Origin: Isorropodon fossajaponicum endosymbiont JTNG4
GTDB lineage: Bacteria > Pseudomonadota > Gammaproteobacteria > PS1 > Pseudothioglobaceae
Direction: 5' to 3'
Assembly (NCBI RefSeq): GCF_016592615.1
Contig: NZ_AP013043.1
Span: 1,410,001 to 1,442,000, forward strand
Length of the DNA: 32,000 nucleotides
A program made the translations under genes and the position numbers. A model generated the notes under the pieces. That model was not told the DNA's origin, ran no database searches, and worked only from the letters and a program-made list of their open reading frames with translations. Shown here piece after piece: positions 1-10,193 of this stretch; positions within the stretch are counted from its first letter, which is position 1, and each line of letters starts with the position of its first letter.

Positions 1-1
1 T

Positions 2-553
2 GGCGCTTTAACCTGTATGACTGATAAACACCACACTTCTGGCACATCAAGAATTGCACAAGTGCTAGCAGAGTTAGGTATTAATGATGATGAAATTATT
101 GTTAACGCGCAGGGCGATGAGCCAATGCTAAGTCCAAGTGTGATTGATCAAGTGGCTAATAACTTGGCAACCAGTCCTATGCACATGGCAACTTTATATG
201 AGCAAATTGCTAATAAGGCACAGTATCTTGACCCTAACTGCGTTAAGGTGGTTTTTAATAAAGCCGGCAAGGCTTTATATTTTTCACGTGCTGCCATTCC
301 TTTTTTTAGAGAAGCAAAGGATTTTGATTTAAAGTTGTGCTTTAAACACGTTGGTATATATGCTTATCGAGCAGGGTTTATCAAACAATACTTAACCATG
401 AGCAGCTCTTCCTATGAGCAAGTTGAAAAATTAGAACAATTAACGGTACTTAACGAAGGGGTTGATATTCATGTGGCATTGGCTTGCGCTAGTATTGGGC
501 ATGGTGTTGATACGCAACGTGATTTAGATAAAGTAAGAAAAGAGTTGAGTTGA
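2..553 (+). CDS. kdsB: 3-deoxy-manno-octulosonate cytidylyltransferase (CMP-KDO synthetase), 5'-truncated by window edge
   Basis: The reading frame is open from position 2. GALTCMTDKHHTSGTSRIAQV...VNAQGDEPML matches the conserved KdsB core (HxSGT.R, QGDEP). It ends in TGA at 551-553, 3 nt before the folD start. Confidence 0.85.
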   Translation, partial: GALTCMTDKHHTSGTSRIAQVLAELGINDDEIIVNAQGDEPMLSPSVIDQVANNLATSPMHMATLYEQIANKAQYLDPNCVKVVFNKAGKALYFSRAAIPFFREAKDFDLKLCFKHVGIYAYRAGFIKQYLTMSSSSYEQVEKLEQLTVLNEGVDIHVALACASIGHGVDTQRDLDKVRKELS

Positions 554-556
554 ATT

Positions 557-1390
557 ATGAATATTATTGATGGCAAGAAAATTGCACAGAATTTACGAGC
601 AAGCATTAAATTAAAAGTTGACACACTTGATAGAAAGCCAGGGTTAGCAGTTATTTTAGTTGGCGATGATGGGGCCTCGGCAGTTTATGTTCGTAATAAA
701 GACAACGCTTGTAAAGAGGTGGGTTTTTATTCAGAAAAAATTAACAACCCCGCCAATACCACTCAAGCGGAATTATTATCTGAAATTGAGCGTTTGAACA
801 ATAGTGATAAAATTGATGGTATCTTGGTGCAATTACCACTACCTAAACATTTAGATACTAATTTAGTGATTGAAGCTATCTCACCTAAAAAGGATGTAGA
901 TGGTTTTCATAGTGAAAACATTGGTAAATTGATGCAGAATAAACCTTTTTTACGACCATGCACACCCAAGGGTGTGATGACGATGTTCGAAACCATTGGC
1001 GTGGATTTAGTGGGTAAAAATTGTGTGGTGGTGGGTGCGTCTAATATTGTTGGTCGCCCGATGGCGTGTGAGTTGTTAAATGCTCAAGCAACAGTTACTA
1101 TTTGCAACAGCAAAACTAAAAACCTTTCTAATAAATTAAAACAGGCAGACATTGTTGTCGTTGCAGTTGGTATTGCTAAGATGATTCAAAGCGACTGGAT
1201 TAAACCAGGTGCTATCGTGATTGACGTGGGAATTAATCGATTGGATAATAATCAATTGGTTGGCGATGTTGATTTTGAATCTGTTAGGCAAGTTGCTAGC
1301 TGGATTACTCCAGTACCAGGTGGTGTTGGACCAATGACCATTGCTACCTTATTAGAAAATACATTAACCGCATATGAGGCAAAAATATGA
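557..1390 (+). CDS. folD: bifunctional methylenetetrahydrofolate dehydrogenase/cyclohydrolase
   Basis: 277 aa. IIDGKKIA...[19 protein letters not shown]...VQLPLP...VDGFH...GRPMA...[10 protein letters not shown] are hallmark FolD motifs at full length. Confidence 0.93.
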   Translation: MNIIDGKKIAQNLRASIKLKVDTLDRKPGLAVILVGDDGASAVYVRNKDNACKEVGFYSEKINNPANTTQAELLSEIERLNNSDKIDGILVQLPLPKHLDTNLVIEAISPKKDVDGFHSENIGKLMQNKPFLRPCTPKGVMTMFETIGVDLVGKNCVVVGASNIVGRPMACELLNAQATVTICNSKTKNLSNKLKQADIVVVAVGIAKMIQSDWIKPGAIVIDVGINRLDNNQLVGDVDFESVRQVASWITPVPGGVGPMTIATLLENTLTAYEAKI

Positions 1391-1761
1391 AATTATTATT
1401 AAAAGGACTTAGGAATGGCTTAGGCGCTATTATTGCTTTTATTAGTTGGCTGATTCCAGCTGGAAAAATTAAGCGCACTAGTGCGCAACAGAAAAAAGCA
1501 GATGAGCAAACTACTAATATTGAATTATATCAGTTTTTTGGTTGTCCGTTTTGTATCAAAACTCGCCGAATGATTAGACGATTGAATCTAAATATTGTTA
1601 TGCGTAATGCACAAACTATTGGCAGTGAGTTTCGAGATGAAATGCAACGAGAGACTGGCAAAGTTCAAGTGCCTTGCTTAAAGATTACCAAGGGTGATGA
1701 AGTGCAGTGGATGTTTGAATCTAATGACATTAGCACTTATCTAAATAAGCATTTTAGCTAA
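1387..1761 (+). CDS. membrane-anchored glutaredoxin-family protein (CPFC active site)
   Basis: 124 aa with an N-terminal hydrophobic segment, then [14 protein letters not shown]...KVQVPCL, a typical glutaredoxin fold signature. The start overlaps the folD stop (ATGA). Confidence 0.7.
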   Translation: MKLLLKGLRNGLGAIIAFISWLIPAGKIKRTSAQQKKADEQTTNIELYQFFGCPFCIKTRRMIRRLNLNIVMRNAQTIGSEFRDEMQRETGKVQVPCLKITKGDEVQWMFESNDISTYLNKHFS

Positions 1762-1767
1762 TACTTG

Positions 1768-2856
1768 TTAAGGCAAAAAGTCTTTTAACTTTGCAATGCT
1801 ATCTTCTAACTCGGTTTGAGAATTGGCGGTCATGTTAATATGACCAAGTTTTCGGTTTTTACGTTCAGATTTATCATATAAATGTAGGTGCGCATTTGGC
1901 ATTTCAAGAATGGCATCAATATCTCCAAGCTGACCAATAATATTAATCATTGCACAAAATAGATGCGTTGGCGTAGTATCCCCAAGGGGCATGCCAGTAA
2001 TAGCACGAATATGATTTTCAAATTGTGAGGTGTTAGCCCCTTCTATGCTCCAATGTCCAGAGTTATGTACCCGTGGCGCCATTTCATTCACCACCAGGCC
2101 GTTTTCAGTGTCAAATAGTTCAATGGTCAGAACGCCAACGTAATTAATTTCGTCAAGTAAAGTTTGCATATAATGTTGCGCTATTTCTTGAACCTTTTTG
2201 TCAATATTTTGAGCAGGTGCAATGGTTAATCTTAAAATACCCTGATGATGTGTATTTTCAACCAGTGGGTAGTATTTGTGGCTATTGTCAATACCACGTA
2301 CAGCAATTAGGGACAGTTCACGTTTGAAATTTACAAACCCTTCTAGAATTGACTCAACCCCGTTTATACTTTCCCAAGCCTTGGTAATCTGACTAGTTTC
2401 ATGAATGAAAAATTGACCCTTACCATCATACCCTTCGGTTGCAGTTTTTAAGATTGCGGGCAAGCCAATTGTTTCAACTGCCGCTTGTAAATCCGCTTCA
2501 GAACTTACCATTTGATAGGGTGCGCATGGAATGTTTAGCTGATTAAATAAAGCCTTTTCTCGACCACGATGTTGCGTAATAAATAGGGATTTCTCATTGG
2601 GATAAACAGGTATTTTTTTGTTAATTTCTTTAACAATACCAACCTCAGTATTTTCACTCTCAAAAGTAATAACATCAGCAAATTCTACTAAAGAGTCAAT
2701 ATTATCAGAGTTGTTTTTTTTGGCAAACATATGCCCAAGTAATGCAGCGGGTTCGTTAGTAGCGTTGCCAGAAAATCCAAATTGATGATTTAGTGAATAA
2801 CCACTAAGTGCAAGCATTCTGCCTAGCTGACCTGCACCCAATATGCCTATTTTCAT
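1768..2856 (-). CDS. purK: N5-carboxyaminoimidazole ribonucleotide synthase
   Basis: 362 aa. [17 protein letters not shown]-terminus and ATP-grasp body ([12 protein letters not shown]). It overlaps purE by 4 nt in the classic purEK arrangement. Confidence 0.92.
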   Translation of the reverse strand: MKIGILGAGQLGRMLALSGYSLNHQFGFSGNATNEPAALLGHMFAKKNNSDNIDSLVEFADVITFESENTEVGIVKEINKKIPVYPNEKSLFITQHRGREKALFNQLNIPCAPYQMVSSEADLQAAVETIGLPAILKTATEGYDGKGQFFIHETSQITKAWESINGVESILEGFVNFKRELSLIAVRGIDNSHKYYPLVENTHHQGILRLTIAPAQNIDKKVQEIAQHYMQTLLDEINYVGVLTIELFDTENGLVVNEMAPRVHNSGHWSIEGANTSQFENHIRAITGMPLGDTTPTHLFCAMINIIGQLGDIDAILEMPNAHLHLYDKSERKNRKLGHINMTANSQTELEDSIAKLKDFLP

Positions 2857-3344
2857 TTGGCTGATGGATTTGGATGGTCTAAAATGTCTTGTGTTTGTTG
2901 GGCTCTAAAAGCGAGTATTTTTGCCCTAATAGTGTCATCATCATTTGCAATGATTTGTGCTGCTAAAATACCTGCATTTTTAGCACCTGCCTCACCAATA
3001 GCCAGTGTACCAACAGGAATACCGCCAGGCATTTGAGCAATGGACAGCAAAGAGTCTTGACCACTAAGTGCGCGTGATTGGACAGGCACGCCTAACACGG
3101 GCACAATGGTTTTGGCTGCGACCATGCCCGGCAAATGTGCAGCACCGCCAGCACCCGCAATAATGACTTTAAGTCCGCGTTCAAGTGCACTGGATGCATA
3201 GTCAAACATCAAGTCAGGCGTTCGATGTGCAGAAACCACCTTAACCTCATGTGGTACACCAAGTTCTTTGAGTATATCCACTGCATTTTTCATGGTTGCC
3301 CAATCTGATTTTGACCCCATAATAACACCCACTAGTGCACTCAT
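2853..3344 (-). CDS. purE: N5-carboxyaminoimidazole ribonucleotide mutase
   Basis: 163 aa. IMGSKSDW...VVSAHRTPD...[13 protein letters not shown] are diagnostic PurE motifs. Confidence 0.95.
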   Translation of the reverse strand: MSALVGVIMGSKSDWATMKNAVDILKELGVPHEVKVVSAHRTPDLMFDYASSALERGLKVIIAGAGGAAHLPGMVAAKTIVPVLGVPVQSRALSGQDSLLSIAQMPGGIPVGTLAIGEAGAKNAGILAAQIIANDDDTIRAKILAFRAQQTQDILDHPNPSAK

Positions 3345-3358
3345 CAGTCTCTCCGGAG

Positions 3359-4096
3359 TTAAGTATTATTTAGATTATACTTAACTTCAAGCATTGAGGA
3401 TAGGGCAAAATCTTGATGTAAAAAAGGCAAGTGTCCAGTATTTAATATTAATGTTTTGATGTTATTTTGATGGTACCAACGGCTGATTTTAATAGGCACT
3501 AAGGTGTCATATTTGCCCAGCACTACCTCTATGGGTATAGATAGTTTTTTAAGTTGATTATTTAGATCTGTATTGAGTAAGATTTCCAAGCCCTGATTAA
3601 GTGCTTGTGTTGTTGCTAGGTATTGTTCAATGGCTTTATTTAGCGCTTTAAGTTTTGATTTGTCTTTGGTTTGCAAGCTAATAAAGCGCTTTAAGCCTTT
3701 TGATAGATTCAGTTGCAGAGCGCTTGAAAATTGCTCAAAATTATCTGTGTCTATACCAAATTCCCAAAAGTCTGTTTGGATAAAATTAGGCGTTGATGCA
3801 ACAAGAATAAGCTTTGAAAGCGTTATTTTATTGGCAATCTTGATGGCAAGTAATCCACCTAATGACCAACCTAATAAAATAGGGTTTTTTGGCAAAATTT
3901 TGATAATTTCATCACACCACTCATCAAGCCCACCATCAACATTAGCACTCCTACCATGCCCAGGTAAATCAATAATGGTGATACGACATTGGTTTTTATA
4001 ATCATCAACCAAAGTGTTAAACAACTCTGAATTAAACCCCCAGCCATGAAGCAACACTAAATCAACCCCAATACCTTGTGTGTTACTGTATAGCAT
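3359..4096 (-). CDS. bioH: pimeloyl-ACP methyl ester carboxylesterase (alpha/beta hydrolase)
   Basis: [12 protein letters not shown] and nucleophile elbow GWSLGG, lying directly downstream of bioF. I chose the internal Met (MLYSNTQG) as the start because the longer ORF (to 4147) would overlap bioF by 65 nt. Confidence 0.75.
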   Translation of the reverse strand: MLYSNTQGIGVDLVLLHGWGFNSELFNTLVDDYKNQCRITIIDLPGHGRSANVDGGLDEWCDEIIKILPKNPILLGWSLGGLLAIKIANKITLSKLILVASTPNFIQTDFWEFGIDTDNFEQFSSALQLNLSKGLKRFISLQTKDKSKLKALNKAIEQYLATTQALNQGLEILLNTDLNNQLKKLSIPIEVVLGKYDTLVPIKISRWYHQNNIKTLILNTGHLPFLHQDFALSSMLEVKYNLNNT

Positions 4097-5192
4097 GTTT
4101 AAGTTGAGTGAGCAGTTGTTTAATTTGGCTTTGTGTATGGTCGGCACTTAATGTTATTCTTAAACGCGCTGTGTCTTTTGGCACGGTGGGTGGGCGAATG
4201 GCACTGACATAAAAGCCTGCATTTAGCAGTTCTTTTGAAAGGTGAATTGCCTTTTCACTACTACCCACAATGAATGGCTGAATGGCACTATTAGAGTTTG
4301 TAATGGGTAAATATAACGTTTTAGAAAGGCTCTGAAAATAACGAATATTGGCTAATAATTTAGCATTTTTCTCACCTTGTTTAATCAGTTCCAAACTTTT
4401 TAGCGTGGCAACGCATAAAGCGGGTGCAATTGCTGTGGTATAAATATAAGGACGTGATTTTTGGATTAAAAAATCAATCAAATCCTCATTACCAGCTACA
4501 AATGCCCCCATTGTGCCTGCTGCCTTACCTAGCGTTGCCATGTAAATCGAATTTTGAGGAATATTTGTCTTAAAAATACCAAATCCATGCGCATCATCTT
4601 GCGTTAAAAGTGCACCAGACTCATTGGCAATTTTTTCAATACTTTTAATATTAGCTCGGTCACCATCCATGCTAAATACGTTATCAGTCACAATTAATCC
4701 TTGCCCAGTTTGCTTGTCTATTTTTTTCTTTAATGATTCAACATCATTATGCAAGTAGCGCTGAAGTGGTAAACCAATTAAATGATTAGCGTCAATAAGT
4801 GAAGCATGGTTAAGTTTGTCTTGCAAGACCCAATCAAGCTCATCTTTAAGTGCAGAAAACACCCCAATATTTGCCATATAGCCCGTTGAAAATAGTAAGG
4901 CCTTCTCTTGCTTTGTATAATCAGCCAACGCCTCTTCTAACGCCTGATGCGCCGATGTATGCCCACTAACCAAGTGTGATGCACCAGCACCAACCCCAAA
5001 TTTATCAACCCCTTGTTTGAATGCCTCTTTAACTTGTGGATGGCTGGCAAGCGATAGATAATCATTTGAACAAAAATTTATCAATGATTTTCCATTGATA
5101 ATCATTTGAGTATTTTGTGTATTTTCAGATATTTTTCTTAAGCGATAAAGATGATTTTGTTTAAGGTTTGATAATTTTTTTGAAAAATCCAT
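4083..5192 (-). CDS. bioF: 8-amino-7-oxononanoate synthase
   Basis: 369 aa. NFCSNDYLSL...GSGASHLVSGH...DDAHGFG...TLGKAAG (PLP lysine) is the typical alpha-oxoamine synthase pattern. Confidence 0.9.
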   Translation of the reverse strand: MDFSKKLSNLKQNHLYRLRKISENTQNTQMIINGKSLINFCSNDYLSLASHPQVKEAFKQGVDKFGVGAGASHLVSGHTSAHQALEEALADYTKQEKALLFSTGYMANIGVFSALKDELDWVLQDKLNHASLIDANHLIGLPLQRYLHNDVESLKKKIDKQTGQGLIVTDNVFSMDGDRANIKSIEKIANESGALLTQDDAHGFGIFKTNIPQNSIYMATLGKAAGTMGAFVAGNEDLIDFLIQKSRPYIYTTAIAPALCVATLKSLELIKQGEKNAKLLANIRYFQSLSKTLYLPITNSNSAIQPFIVGSSEKAIHLSKELLNAGFYVSAIRPPTVPKDTARLRITLSADHTQSQIKQLLTQLKHAIQ

Positions 5193-5267
5193 GAATCTAT
5201 TTTATAGTTTGTAAGGTAGCTTGATAATACAATATAATCAATCTCTTGCTATTTATCTAGACACATC

Positions 5268-5588
5268 ATGAAAAAAACATTCAGCTTTTCACACCCTAAA
5301 AAACAAAGACCCAGAGTGGTTGAAGCCATTAAATACGAACTTAAAAAGTATATTAAACGTGAGCGTAATAAAAAACGACCTGAAGAGGTAGATTTTTGGG
5401 ACTTTGATTGTCGCTATGGTGCTGACGAGGCTTCTTGTGGCGTGATCCATGTTTCTGAAATTAACAAAGTAATTTCAGAGGCTGATGCAGAAGGTTTAGA
5501 TTCTTTTTTCTTAGAAGTTCTGTCCAAGCCTGGTGTACGAACTAAAAAACCTGAAGAGGAAAAAGAGGAAAAAAACTTTCCGGATTAA
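5268..5588 (+). CDS. small Lys/Glu-rich conserved hypothetical protein
   Basis: 106 aa with clean ATG and stop, highly charged (KKQRPRVVEAIKYELKKYIKRERNKKRPEE). I recall this as a DUF6172-like pattern but cannot verify it. Confidence 0.5.
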   Translation: MKKTFSFSHPKKQRPRVVEAIKYELKKYIKRERNKKRPEEVDFWDFDCRYGADEASCGVIHVSEINKVISEADAEGLDSFFLEVLSKPGVRTKKPEEEKEEKNFPD

Positions 5589-5606
5589 GTTCTTAATTTG
5601 TCAGAC

Positions 5607-6413
5607 ATGAAATTAAATACAATTGCTAAGACAATAAGGATTCCATTTTTATTATTAGCCCTAGTTTGCGTATTTTTAGGGGTGAGTATCACCATAGCAA
5701 GCCCAACCACAGTATAAACCACTTGTTGTTCGCGCTTACGATGCTTGGTGCTGTATTTGCGCATATTAGTGTTAATACCCCTTAATGAATATTTCGATTT
5801 CAAGAGTGGATTGGATCTAGCAACAACAAGAACACAATTTAGTGGGGGTAGTTGGCGCTCTTCCAGAGAATCCAGAAATGGCCAATACTGTGCTTATTAT
5901 TGGCGTATTTTTTGCCTTTGAACATGGGAAAGAAGTTATTCCATTAGGTGTTGTTTTGATTGTTACATACACTGATTGGATTAATAAAAATCCCATTTTG
6001 TGTTTGATAGCACCGGGAATTGGTTTTGGTTTTCTTATGGTTGTAGGCACTCAATTTGCGCTAGAGGGGGGTAACATGCCAAAATCTTGGCTTATTGCAA
6101 TCATTCCTTTCTTTTTAGTCAACAACCTTCTTTTACTTAATCAATATCCTGATATTCATGCTGATGCTAATGTTGGTAGAAAGCATTTTCCCATTGCTTA
6201 CGGTGTAAAAACCAGTAACATAATTTATGGGTTATTTATTGCATTAACAATAATTACAATTGTGTTATTTATTGTTAGCGGCTATTTGCCAGTGCTAAGT
6301 TTGGTTGCATTGCCGCCAATACCACTTGCGTTTTTTCCCTAAAAGGTGCAGTGCAGTATGCAGAAGCCATTGGTGATTTTCCTTCTTTGTTTAGCATAAA
6401 AATAAACAGCTAA
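5607..6413 (+). pseudogene. UbiA/MenA-family prenyltransferase, degraded (nonsense plus at least 4 frameshifts, C-terminus truncated)
   Basis: The homologous peptide is spread over shifting frames. MKLNTIAKTIRIPFLLLALVCVFLGVSI...TV then TAA at 5715-5717. Then INHLLFALTMLGAVFAHISVNT, LNEYFDFKSGLDLATTRTQFSGGS, and VVGALPENPEM...NQYPDIHADANVGRKHFPIAYG. The tail LKGAVQYAEAIGDFP follows the T6 run at 6331-6336. Confidence 0.85.
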
Positions 6414-6520
6414 ATTTTTAGAGCCAAGCATAATGGCTAAAAAACCAAACCAATCATAAAGTCAACTAACGGCTTTTCTTGTAGTAAAGTAATAAACCAA
6501 AGTGAATTACCCATAGCTAG

Positions 6521-7303
6521 TTAAATTAAGTTTTCCATTGGGGATGAGGCTGAAGCGTAAGCTTTTTTCATCATTCTACCTGCAAGGAAGGATTCACGCC
6601 CTGCAATGACAGCGTGTTTCATGGCACTTGCCATTAAGACTGGATTGGTGGCATTGGCGATGGCTGAGTTCATTAGTACGCCATCGCAGCCTAGCTCCAT
6701 AGCCTTGGCAGCATCTGAGGCGCAACCAATACCAGCATCAACCAGTACGGGTACATTAGCGTGCTCTTTGATGAGTTTAATGTTTGCTGGGTTGGCAATG
6801 CCTTGGCCTGAGCCAATGAGTGAGGCAAGTGGCATAATGGCGCAACAGCCGATGCGTTCTAATTCTTTAGCAATGATTGGGTCATCACTGGTGTAAACCA
6901 TAACATCAAAACCATCATTAACTAGGGTTTGTGTAGCAGATAGGGTTTCAACAATATTGGGGTATAGGGTTTTTTCATCGCCTAATACTTCTAATTTAAC
7001 CAAATTATGCCCGCCTAAAAGTTCACGTGCTAATTGGCACGTACGTACGGCATCTTTAGCGGTGTAGCAACCTGCAGTATTAGGCAAAATGGTGTATTCA
7101 TCGAGGCTGATAACGTCTAATAAATTTGGCTCGTTTTTGTCTTGCCCGATGTTGGTTCGACGAATGGCAACGGTAATAATATCAGCCTGAGCGGCTTCAG
7201 TTGCTAGTTTTGTTTGCGTTAAATCTTTGTATTTTCCTGAGCCAACCAGCAAGCGAGAGTGATAAGTTTTTCCTGCAATTACCAGTGGTGTGTCAGTCAT
7301 CAT
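6521..7303 (-). CDS. thiG: thiazole synthase
   Basis: 260 aa. [10 protein letters not shown]...TVAIRR...LPNTAGC...KLEV...[13 protein letters not shown] are canonical ThiG motifs. Confidence 0.93.
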   Translation of the reverse strand: MMTDTPLVIAGKTYHSRLLVGSGKYKDLTQTKLATEAAQADIITVAIRRTNIGQDKNEPNLLDVISLDEYTILPNTAGCYTAKDAVRTCQLARELLGGHNLVKLEVLGDEKTLYPNIVETLSATQTLVNDGFDVMVYTSDDPIIAKELERIGCCAIMPLASLIGSGQGIANPANIKLIKEHANVPVLVDAGIGCASDAAKAMELGCDGVLMNSAIANATNPVLMASAMKHAVIAGRESFLAGRMMKKAYASASSPMENLI

Positions 7304-7323
7304 CGTAAGGATTTTTTAAGTAA

Positions 7324-7415
7324 TGGCGGAGAGTGAGGGATTTGAACCCTCGATAGGGGATAAACCCTATACACCCTTAGCAGGGGCGCGCCTTCAGCCA
7401 CTCGGCCAACTCTCC
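7324..7415 (-). tRNA. tRNA-Ser (anticodon GCU), CCA encoded
   Basis: The reverse complement reads GGAGAGTTGGCCGAGTGGCTGAAGGCGCGCCCCTGCTAAGGGTG...(long variable arm)...GAGGGTTCAAATCCCTCACTCTCCGCCA. The acceptor and T arms pair, and the anticodon loop is CT-GCT-AA. Confidence 0.9.
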
Positions 7416-7463
7416 GTGAGAGAAACATTATACGCTAAGTTGTTAAAATTTAAATGCCGAGTT

Positions 7464-7868
7464 TTAGAAACCATACTGGTATTTTAGGTTGATTTTTCGG
7501 TAGCGTTCTTTAGGGTCAAGTTTGAGTCGTATTTTGCCCCAGTCGCCTTTGAATTTGACTTTTTCCTCTAATGCTTCAAGCTTCATTTTGACATTGAGAA
7601 TGGCTTGTTCTGATTTGCTCCATTGCTCGTCATAACTAATGGGTATGCCTAGTTGGTATTCATGATAAAGCAGTTGGCTTTTGATGTCATCTGCTTGATT
7701 TTTAATATCAAAGACGTTTTCACCTGGCTCATAGCTAATTTCAAGGTTAAGTACTTTAACATCTGATGCTTTGACTGTTTGGATAATATTTGTTGTTTGC
7801 GCTAAACTGTAATTGACTAGAACACTAAAGCCAAAGGTTAAAGCGAGTAATGATTTTAGGAAAACCAA
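7464..7868 (-). CDS. hypothetical exported protein
   Basis: 134 aa with a TTG start, signal-peptide-like N-terminus (LLALTFGFSVLVNYSLAQT) and a C-terminal ...YQYGF. I recognise no family. Confidence 0.45.
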   Translation of the reverse strand: MVFLKSLLALTFGFSVLVNYSLAQTTNIIQTVKASDVKVLNLEISYEPGENVFDIKNQADDIKSQLLYHEYQLGIPISYDEQWSKSEQAILNVKMKLEALEEKVKFKGDWGKIRLKLDPKERYRKINLKYQYGF

Positions 7869-8077
7869 TGGTAAATTCCTAATGTATTAACGCAAACAAA
7901 AACCGTATTAAGCAACACTAGAGAATTATCATTATTTTTAGCACCTTGAACAATCCAACTAATGGCCGATGCCATAAAAAAAAAATAGCCAAATTTAGAC
8001 CATTCAAAGTTAAGTGCTACTAATAAGCCACCCGTAATGCCAGTAACCGTGCCAAACCAGCCCCAAGCGTTATTCAT
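7856..8077 (-). CDS. 73-aa three-TM membrane protein, PnuC-repeat/SemiSWEET-like
   Basis: Three hydrophobic helices. The last helix, LLNTVFVCVNTLGIYHWF, resembles the PnuC ...N.YGWYNW motif. The gene is tightly packed, overlapping both neighbours. Confidence 0.4.
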   Translation of the reverse strand: MNNAWGWFGTVTGITGGLLVALNFEWSKFGYFFFMASAISWIVQGAKNNDNSLVLLNTVFVCVNTLGIYHWFS

Positions 8078-8483
8078 GAATTTCGAAATCGTGCGTAACT
8101 TGGGCGGTTTTCCCTAGCATGATGGCAGCAGAGCAATGTTTATCTGCAGATAAACTGATTGCTTTGGCTACTTTTTTGTCATTTAAGTTGTGCCCCTTAA
8201 TAACAAAGTGAATATGAATCTCAGTAAATACTTTTGGATGCTCATCTGCACGTTTAGCGGTAATTTCTGCGTAGCAATCTTGCACTTCTTCACGCATTTT
8301 TTTTAAAGTTGAAACAACATCAACGGTGGTGCAACCACCCATACCAAGTAGTAGCATTTCCATGGGGCGAATGCCTAAATTTTTGCCACCCAGCCCTTCA
8401 GGGCCGTCCATAACCACAGCGTGACCACTGGCTGATTCGCCGACCATCATCATGTTATCAATCCATTTAATGGTTGTTTTCAT
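8070..8483 (-). CDS. OsmC/Ohr-family protein
   Basis: 137 aa. GIRPMEMLLLGMGGCTTVDVVSTLKKMR and a second Cys in ADKHCSAA are typical of OsmC-like peroxiredoxins. Confidence 0.75.
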   Translation of the reverse strand: MKTTIKWIDNMMMVGESASGHAVVMDGPEGLGGKNLGIRPMEMLLLGMGGCTTVDVVSTLKKMREEVQDCYAEITAKRADEHPKVFTEIHIHFVIKGHNLNDKKVAKAISLSADKHCSAAIMLGKTAQVTHDFEIHE

Positions 8484-9277
8484 GCAAAAATCTCTCGTAA
8501 TGCTTGCCCTGGGTTGGGCTGGCGCATAAAGGCTTCACCCACCAAATAGCTGTGAATATTATTTAATTTCATAAGTGCTACGTTTTCAGCGTTTAAAATG
8601 CCACTTTCAGTGATGACCAGAGTATCCCCCTTGATTTCTTTTAATAAGTCTATTGTCGTTTGTAAAGAGACTTCAAACGTGCGCAGATTGCGATTGTTAA
8701 TACCTATCATTGGCAGGTTAAGTTTGAGTGTGCGTTTAAGTTCTTTTAAGTTGTGCACTTCAATTAATACATCCATACTTAGGGAGATTGCTAATGATGA
8801 AAACTCATTCATTTGCGTGTCAGTTAAACAAGCAGTGATGAGTAAAATACAGTCTGAACCCATTACGCGTGCTTCATAAACTTGGTAAGCATCAATAATA
8901 AATTCTTTGCGTAAAACGGGTAGTGACACGGTTGCTCTTGCGTCAATTAAGTATTGATTATCACCTTGGAAAAAATCTTTATCAGTAAGGATGGATAAGC
9001 AAGTAGCACCCCCTAGCTCATAACTTTTGGCGATTTCAACCGGGTTAAAACCTTTGCGTAAAACACCTTTTGAGGGGGAGGCTTTTTTAATCTCAGCAAT
9101 CACAGCATTTTGCTTGGCATCTACTTTGGTTTTAAGGGCTTGGTAAAAACCACGTGTTTTTGATGCGTTTTTTGATTGCTCAACAACCTCTGCCAAAGGC
9201 ATGGTTTTTATACATTGCGCAATTTCTTGTTGCTTTCTAGCAATAATTTTTTTTAAAATATCAGGGGTATTTGTCAT
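8480..9277 (-). CDS. trpC: indole-3-glycerol phosphate synthase
   Basis: ILKKIIARKQQEI...IAEIKKASPSKG...LSILTD..FFQG...LPVLRKEFI...NNRNLRTFEV...ESGI. I chose the start at Met 9277 (MTNTPDIL). The 36-codon upstream extension of the ORF looks non-homologous. Confidence 0.9.
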   Translation of the reverse strand: MTNTPDILKKIIARKQQEIAQCIKTMPLAEVVEQSKNASKTRGFYQALKTKVDAKQNAVIAEIKKASPSKGVLRKGFNPVEIAKSYELGGATCLSILTDKDFFQGDNQYLIDARATVSLPVLRKEFIIDAYQVYEARVMGSDCILLITACLTDTQMNEFSSLAISLSMDVLIEVHNLKELKRTLKLNLPMIGINNRNLRTFEVSLQTTIDLLKEIKGDTLVITESGILNAENVALMKLNNIHSYLVGEAFMRQPNPGQALREIFA

Positions 9278-9345
9278 GATTAAGTATTTTAAATGAATTG
9301 TATAACTTATAATTAAACTTTGAATTTTTAAGCAAGACTTAAGCC

Positions 9346-10179
9346 ATGAAATTACTAGGTTTTGAAGTAGGTATTGATCAGCCATTTTTTTTAATAGCAG
9401 GTCCCTGCGTTATTGAATCTGAAGCTTTGGCAATGGAAACAGCGACTTATTTGGCAAAAGTCACCAGTGATTTAGGCATCAACTTTATTTATAAGTCATC
9501 CTATGATAAGGCAAATCGAACCAGTGCCAATAGTTTTAGAGGTTTGGGGTTGGAGCAAGGTCTAAGAATTTTGCAAAAAGTTAAAGATGAAGTTAGTGTG
9601 CCTGTTTTAACCGATGTTCATGAAGACACACCACTTGATGAAGTGGCAAGTGTGGTTGATATGATGCAAACACCTGCTTTTTTGGTGCGTCAAACTAATT
9701 TTATTCAAAATGTTTGTAAACAGGGCTTGCCTGTTAATATCAAAAAAGGCCAATTTCAAGCCCCTTGGGATATGAACAATGTGATTGAAAAGGCTCGTGC
9801 CACAGGCAATCAACAAATTACTGTGTGTGATCGTGGCACTTCGTTTGGCTATAACACTTTGGTTTCTGATATGCGTGGTTTGGCAAGTATGCGTAGTACA
9901 AATTGCCCCGTGGTGTTTGATGCTACGCATTCAGTACAACAGCCTGGTGGACAAGGCACAACCTCAGGTGGTCAGCGAGAAATGGTGCCAGTTCTGGCAA
10001 GAGCGGCCGTTGCTGTTGGTATTAGTGGTATTTTTATGGAAACCCACCCAGATCCTGGGAATGCCAAGAGCGACGGCCCTAATTCTATGCCGATTGATAA
10101 AATGGACGAACTGCTTAAAACCTTGCAAGAATTAGACAATATAACTAAGAAAAATGGCTTTTTAGAAGATAATTTGTAA
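9346..10179 (+). CDS. kdsA: 2-dehydro-3-deoxyphosphooctonate aldolase (KDO8P synthase)
   Basis: 277 aa. IAGPCVIES...[18 protein letters not shown]...TDVHE...[10 protein letters not shown]...KKGQF...[12 protein letters not shown] are canonical KdsA motifs. Confidence 0.93.
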   Translation: MKLLGFEVGIDQPFFLIAGPCVIESEALAMETATYLAKVTSDLGINFIYKSSYDKANRTSANSFRGLGLEQGLRILQKVKDEVSVPVLTDVHEDTPLDEVASVVDMMQTPAFLVRQTNFIQNVCKQGLPVNIKKGQFQAPWDMNNVIEKARATGNQQITVCDRGTSFGYNTLVSDMRGLASMRSTNCPVVFDATHSVQQPGGQGTTSGGQREMVPVLARAAVAVGISGIFMETHPDPGNAKSDGPNSMPIDKMDELLKTLQELDNITKKNGFLEDNL

Positions 10180-10193
10180 AAACATTTGTCTGT

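Noticed and set aside
5193-5267. Possible BirA operator in the bioF upstream region (TTGTAAGG...N...TACAA).
   Set aside because: Only a 5-bp inverted match with poor resemblance to the TGTAAACC-N15-GGTTTACA bioO consensus. It is indistinguishable from chance in AT-rich DNA.
6343-6514. Small hydrophobic ORF on the minus strand just downstream of thiG (MGNSLWFITLLQEKPLVDFMIGLVF, continuing after a T6 frameshift as LAIMLGSKNLAVYFYAK...).
   Set aside because: It is too short, matches no family I recognise and needs a frameshift to extend. It overlaps the truncated tail of the prenyltransferase relic. It may be a relic of a small membrane protein, but that cannot be supported.
9278-9385. Long N-terminal extension of the trpC ORF (36 extra codons), which overlaps the divergent kdsA start. 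A similar 17-codon extension exists on the bioH ORF (4097-4147).
   Set aside because: The extensions carry no family homology. Homology begins at the internal Met, and the extensions would create long overlaps with neighbouring genes.
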